Positions 59,929-64,000 of a DNA stretch of 64,000 bases are shown in pieces. The stretch lies in NCBI GenBank assembly GCA_963664195.1, contig OY760907.1:3520001-3584000 (forward strand), read 5' to 3'. The position numbers and the translations under genes are program-made. The first letter of the stretch is position 1. The number at the start of each line of letters is the position of its first letter. This DNA comes from an uncultured candidate division Zixibacteria bacterium (GTDB lineage Bacteria; Zixibacteria; MSB-5A5; GN15; FEB-12). The notes under the pieces are model-generated. The model was not told the DNA's origin. It saw only the letters and a program-made list of their open reading frames with translations, and did no database searches.

Positions 59929-62900
59929 ATGCATCTGGTTGGACTAAATAGAATATGTGGCCCGATTCTCTTAGCCTTCGCGGTCCTGCTGACATTTGGC
60001 GTTACGTCAACAATGGCAACGCACTACTATGTCTCCTCCACAGGCGACAACGGGCTGGACGGCCTCTCCGAAGGTACTGCCTGGGAGTCGATTGACAACG
60101 GTGATTTAACCGCTGTCCTCGTGCCCGGCGATACCGTGAACGTTCTTTCCGGTACGTACACCCTCTCATCCGCAATTGCTCTGACCACCAGTGGCACCTC
60201 TGGCAATCCGATCGTGTATCGGAAGTTCGGTTCCGAACCGACTGTTCTGGATGGTGATGACAACAATTTTGTCCTGTTGACAATCAGCGCACAGTACCTG
60301 GTACTTCAGGGTTTTGAGATAATCAATACCCGTGACCACGGCATTCTTGTCCAGCAGGGAAACGCTACGGTGACCGAATGCCTCATTCATCATCTGGGCA
60401 AGGAAGGCATCCGGGTTGAAGGGTCTGATGCGCTCCTTCTGCAGAACAAGATTCACAGCGTCGGCGATCACGGCATACACATCCGCGACGCCGCAATAAA
60501 CTGTTTGATATATGGCAATACGATAGCTTACTGCAGCAAGCAGGGCGTTGAAATGCGGGGCGGTGTGGAAACAGCCCGCATTTTCAACAATACCATCATC
60601 GAGAATGACAGGGGCATAAGTGGTAAGGTCGAAAACATCTGCGCTTTCAACAACGTTTGGAACAACTCCAATACTGACTATGACGATCAAGTAGTTGATT
60701 CCGCTAACGGCATCTCCTCTGATCCTCTGTTCATCAACGGTCCCAACGGTGACTTCCGTTTGCAGGCCGGGTCGCCGTGCTTCGATGCCGGTTACGATCT
60801 TGGCTATGCCTTCGAAGGCGCGGCTCCTGACATGGGCGCGGTTGAGTACGACGAGTTTGATGCACGCGGCATGGCGATCTGGAGATCATCGGGCAGCACA
60901 ATCCCAGAATATCGGTTTTTCTACGATTCAACCTTCGCCCCCGAACGAACCGCTGCGGACATTGGCGAGTGGAAGATTATGCAGGGTGCCGTTTCGGTGA
61001 CCCGCGATGAAGCCATCACGATCGGTGTGACAACCGGCGGTGCCGTCACAGGACAGTTGTGGAACGGCAGCGACTGGACCGCATTCCCCGACAACGATCT
61101 CTCCACTGTGAGCGAAACATTCTGGTGGGGCAGCGATGTTGCCTATGAGAAGCTCTCCGGAGACGCCATGATTGTGTGGAACAGCGGAGGAGTCACTTCG
61201 AGGGGCATCGACTACATGACATGGAATGGCAGCACTTACTCCGTTACTGACTCGCTCACCGCCCCGATTGCGACAGAACCTCAACAGATGCAGTTGGTTG
61301 CCAGTCCGAATTCCGACGAAATGGTATTGGTCGTCAGCAACTCAAACAGTGTTGATTATGCGCTTGTCTGGGACGGTACAGCCTGGGACAATTCTGAGGT
61401 GTTGGACAACCCCGGCACCGGTGACAACCGGACCGATATCGCTGTCGCCTATGAACAACAGAGAGGCGACGCATTGGTCGTCTACGGTAACAACAGCGAG
61501 TACGTCTTCTTCCAAAAGTGGGACGGCTCCGCCTGGAGCGTGGAAGACTCGTTGGCTCCACCGGCAGGGGCGACCGGTGATGTTAGATGGTTGACTCTCG
61601 CTGCTAATCCTTTGAGCAACCACATTGCTCTTGGTGTCCTGACGGCAGATAGCGATATCTGGCTGGCAATATGGAATGGGTCTTCCTGGCATACCCCCGA
61701 ACTCGCAACAAATACGGCCAACGGGATGACCTTCCCGGCGGTGGGCGTGGCATTTGAATCAACATCTGGTAACGCTCTGGCCTGCTACGGAGAGGCTACA
61801 AAAGTACAGTATAATGTGTGGCAGAGCGGTTCTGGGTGGTCTGTGGCGGCAACCGCCGCGAACACGGGTGCGAATCCCAACACCGTCCTCCTCAAGTCGG
61901 ATCCCGCTTCGGATGAGATCATGCTATCCGTTCAGGATGACGCCAACGACTTGAATCTGTCTTTGTGGAACGGTTCCATCTGGGGCACGCCGGTCGAACT
62001 GGAGACTGAAACCGGTGAAGACAAGAATCAACCGTTTGAGTTCATGTGGTTTGACCACAGGGAAAACACACCCCCGATTCTTGCTTCCATAGGGGCACAG
62101 TCGGTTACCGAAGGCAACTTGTTGTCCTTCACAGTTACGGCCACAGACGCCGAGTCGACTCCCACTCTGAGCGTGATCCCGATGCCCATAGGCGCCAACT
62201 TGACCGACAACGGCGATGGCACGGGCGATTTCACGTGGACGCCGACTTACCTGCAGGCTGGCACATACAACGTGACCTTCACGGCAACGGATGGCTCAGC
62301 GGCCATTGACAGCGAGGTCGTGACGATCACGGTCACAGAAGCCGGCAACCAGGCCCCAGTGCTGACGGCGATAGGCGCACAATCGACCGACGAAAACGTC
62401 AACCTGAGTTTTGCAGTCTCGGCGACCGATGCTGAGTCAACACCTGCACTGACCACATCCGCATTGCCCGCAGGCGCTAGCTTCACAGACAACGGTGACG
62501 GCAGCGGTGATTTCGATTGGACACCCAGTTTCCTTCAAGCAGGCACGGACAGCATTACGATATACGTAACCGACGATTCGTCGGCAGTCGATAGTCAGAT
62601 CGTCCCGATAACCGTGAGCAATTCTCCCGGACACTTCTTTGTATCTCCGACTGGGGACGACTCCGCCAACGGCCAGACCGAAAGTACCGCCTGGGCCACT
62701 CCGGACAACGGAGATTCGCTGGCAATTCTGCAACCGGGAGACACCATAAATATCCTGCCGGGAACCTATACTCTGTCCAACGAGTGCCACCTGACCAGTT
62801 CCGGTACAGAAGCACTGCCTGTCGTTTATCGCAGGCACGGCGCTGCCGCCGCAATAATCGACATGCAGTACCAGGATTACTCCGTAATCTGGTTAGATGG

Positions 62901-64000
62901 CAGCAATATCACGATCGACGGTCTGACGCTCACCAAATCCAACCGCAACGGCATTTATATGACCGCCGATTCCTGCATTATCACCAACTGTGTCGCCAGC
63001 TTCAATCTCCAGGACGGCATCAATATCGAATCGGGTCATGAGAATGAGCTTCTCCGAAATCAGATGTATGACAACGGCCAGTCAGGGGTAGACAACCTCA
63101 GTACTGCCACAAATACACTGATATACGGAAACACGGTCACTTCAAACACTTCTCGTGGCGTCTACCTGCGTCCCGGAGTGACCACTGTAAGGATATTCAA
63201 CAATGTTGTCGTGAACAACTCGCCGGGAATTGAGGGCAGTGTTCAGAATGTCTGTGCCTACAATGATGTCTGGAACAATGGCTTCAACTACTATCTGGGC
63301 GTCGCTGACTCTGCGGGCGGCATATCCTCGAATCCGCAGTTTGTCAATCCGGCCAGCTATGATTTCACGTTGCAGCCAAGTTCACCCGCAATAGACAAGG
63401 GTCTGGATCTCGGCTATGCATTCGTGGGTCTTGCCCCCGACATGGGCGCATTTGAATCCGGCAACGACCTGCCGATACTGGCGGCTATTGGGCCAAAGGC
63501 GACTGCCGAGGGCGCGAACCTGACGTTTGGCGTCTTGGCTACAGATGTTGAGTCAACACCGGTGTTGACGACTTCTACCCTACCGACTGGCGCAGGATTC
63601 ACAGACAACGGCGACGGCACGGGTGATTTCGACTGGATGCCTGACTTCCTGATGGCGGGCACTCACAACGTTACGTTCTATGCAACCGACGATTCCGCCG
63701 CGGTCGACAGCGAAGTGGTAACGATAACCGTCACAGAGGCTGGCAACCGCTATCCGGTACTGGCAGCCATTGGCGCACAATCGACAACCGAGAACGTCAA
63801 TCTGGCATTTGCCGTCTCAGCCACAGACATCGAATCAACGCCGACGTTGACGACTTCTACCCTACCGACCGGGGCAGGGTTTGTCGACAACGGCAACGGT
63901 ACCGCCGACTTTGATTGGACACCGACCGGAATGCAATCCGGCAGCTACAACGTAACGTTTTATGCCACGGACGATTCATCCGCCGTAGATAGTGAAGTAG
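59929..64000 (+). CDS. Giant secreted protein (partial, >1350 aa): parallel beta-helix modules and cadherin/Ig-like repeats
   Basis: Frame +1 reads open to the window end at every point checked (absent from the ORF track); signal peptide then THYYVSSTGD..PGDTVNVLSGTY; second FVSPTGDD..PGDTINILPGTY; repeated NxxPVLxxIGAQS..ATDxES..FTDNGDG. Confidence 0.85.
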   Translation, partial: MHLVGLNRICGPILLAFAVLLTFGVTSTMATHYYVSSTGDNGLDGLSEGTAWESIDNGDLTAVLVPGDTVNVLSGTYTLSSAIALTTSGTSGNPIVYRKFGSEPTVLDGDDNNFVLLTISAQYLVLQGFEIINTRDHGILVQQGNATVTECLIHHLGKEGIRVEGSDALLLQNKIHSVGDHGIHIRDAAINCLIYGNTIAYCSKQGVEMRGGVETARIFNNTIIENDRGISGKVENICAFNNVWNNSNTDYDDQVVDSANGISSDPLFINGPNGDFRLQAGSPCFDAGYDLGYAFEGAAPDMGAVEYDEFDARGMAIWRSSGSTIPEYRFFYDSTFAPERTAADIGEWKIMQGAVSVTRDEAITIGVTTGGAVTGQLWNGSDWTAFPDNDLSTVSETFWWGSDVAYEKLSGDAMIVWNSGGVTSRGIDYMTWNGSTYSVTDSLTAPIATEPQQMQLVASPNSDEMVLVVSNSNSVDYALVWDGTAWDNSEVLDNPGTGDNRTDIAVAYEQQRGDALVVYGNNSEYVFFQKWDGSAWSVEDSLAPPAGATGDVRWLTLAANPLSNHIALGVLTADSDIWLAIWNGSSWHTPELATNTANGMTFPAVGVAFESTSGNALACYGEATKVQYNVWQSGSGWSVAATAANTGANPNTVLLKSDPASDEIMLSVQDDANDLNLSLWNGSIWGTPVELETETGEDKNQPFEFMWFDHRENTPPILASIGAQSVTEGNLLSFTVTATDAESTPTLSVIPMPIGANLTDNGDGTGDFTWTPTYLQAGTYNVTFTATDGSAAIDSEVVTITVTEAGNQAPVLTAIGAQSTDENVNLSFAVSATDAESTPALTTSALPAGASFTDNGDGSGDFDWTPSFLQAGTDSITIYVTDDSSAVDSQIVPITVSNSPGHFFVSPTGDDSANGQTESTAWATPDNGDSLAILQPGDTINILPGTYTLSNECHLTSSGTEALPVVYRRHGAAAAIIDMQYQDYSVIWLDGSNITIDGLTLTKSNRNGIYMTADSCIITNCVASFNLQDGINIESGHENELLRNQMYDNGQSGVDNLSTATNTLIYGNTVTSNTSRGVYLRPGVTTVRIFNNVVVNNSPGIEGSVQNVCAYNDVWNNGFNYYLGVADSAGGISSNPQFVNPASYDFTLQPSSPAIDKGLDLGYAFVGLAPDMGAFESGNDLPILAAIGPKATAEGANLTFGVLATDVESTPVLTTSTLPTGAGFTDNGDGTGDFDWMPDFLMAGTHNVTFYATDDSAAVDSEVVTITVTEAGNRYPVLAAIGAQSTTENVNLAFAVSATDIESTPTLTTSTLPTGAGFVDNGNGTADFDWTPTGMQSGSYNVTFYATDDSSAVDSEV

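Overview
Bacterial chromosomal window with Gram-negative envelope genes. The C-terminal 'CC..G..GNVD' dockerins, cohesins and 'QNYPNPFNP' sorting domains suggest a candidate division Zixibacteria-like organism (inference). 0.1-25 kb: a large minus-strand poly-gamma-glutamate (PGA) locus containing a beta-propeller lipoprotein, an outer-membrane barrel, a TRAP-type permease, an M14-like deacylase, a DUF6305-like protein, GGT/CapD, pgsB-pgsC-pgsW, an exported glutamate racemase and two giant dockerin-tipped proteins with a PGA-hydrolase-like N-terminus. The locus has sigma54-type promoters and a divergent HK/NtrC pair. 25-36 kb: an accessory region whose most striking element is a duplicated non-coding cassette (5-6 TTCGTA(A) boxes at 21-bp period, a sigma54 promoter 113-114 bp downstream, then a ~110-nt covarying structured RNA). 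The first copy precedes, and the second follows, a Yip1-like gene, a secreted Cys-rich peptide and three TonB-like paralogs. A further highly structured transcript sits next to tRNA-Ala(GGC). 36-64 kb: mostly ordinary genes (MFS, ECF/anti-sigma, deoC, degenerate archaemetzincin, DUF1998 helicase, mlaEFD, ThiI-like, OPT, SET, GGDEF, xerD, comF, ArsP-type permease, M28 peptidase) and a giant beta-helix/Ig protein running off the right edge. All calls come from reading motifs by eye; no searches were run.
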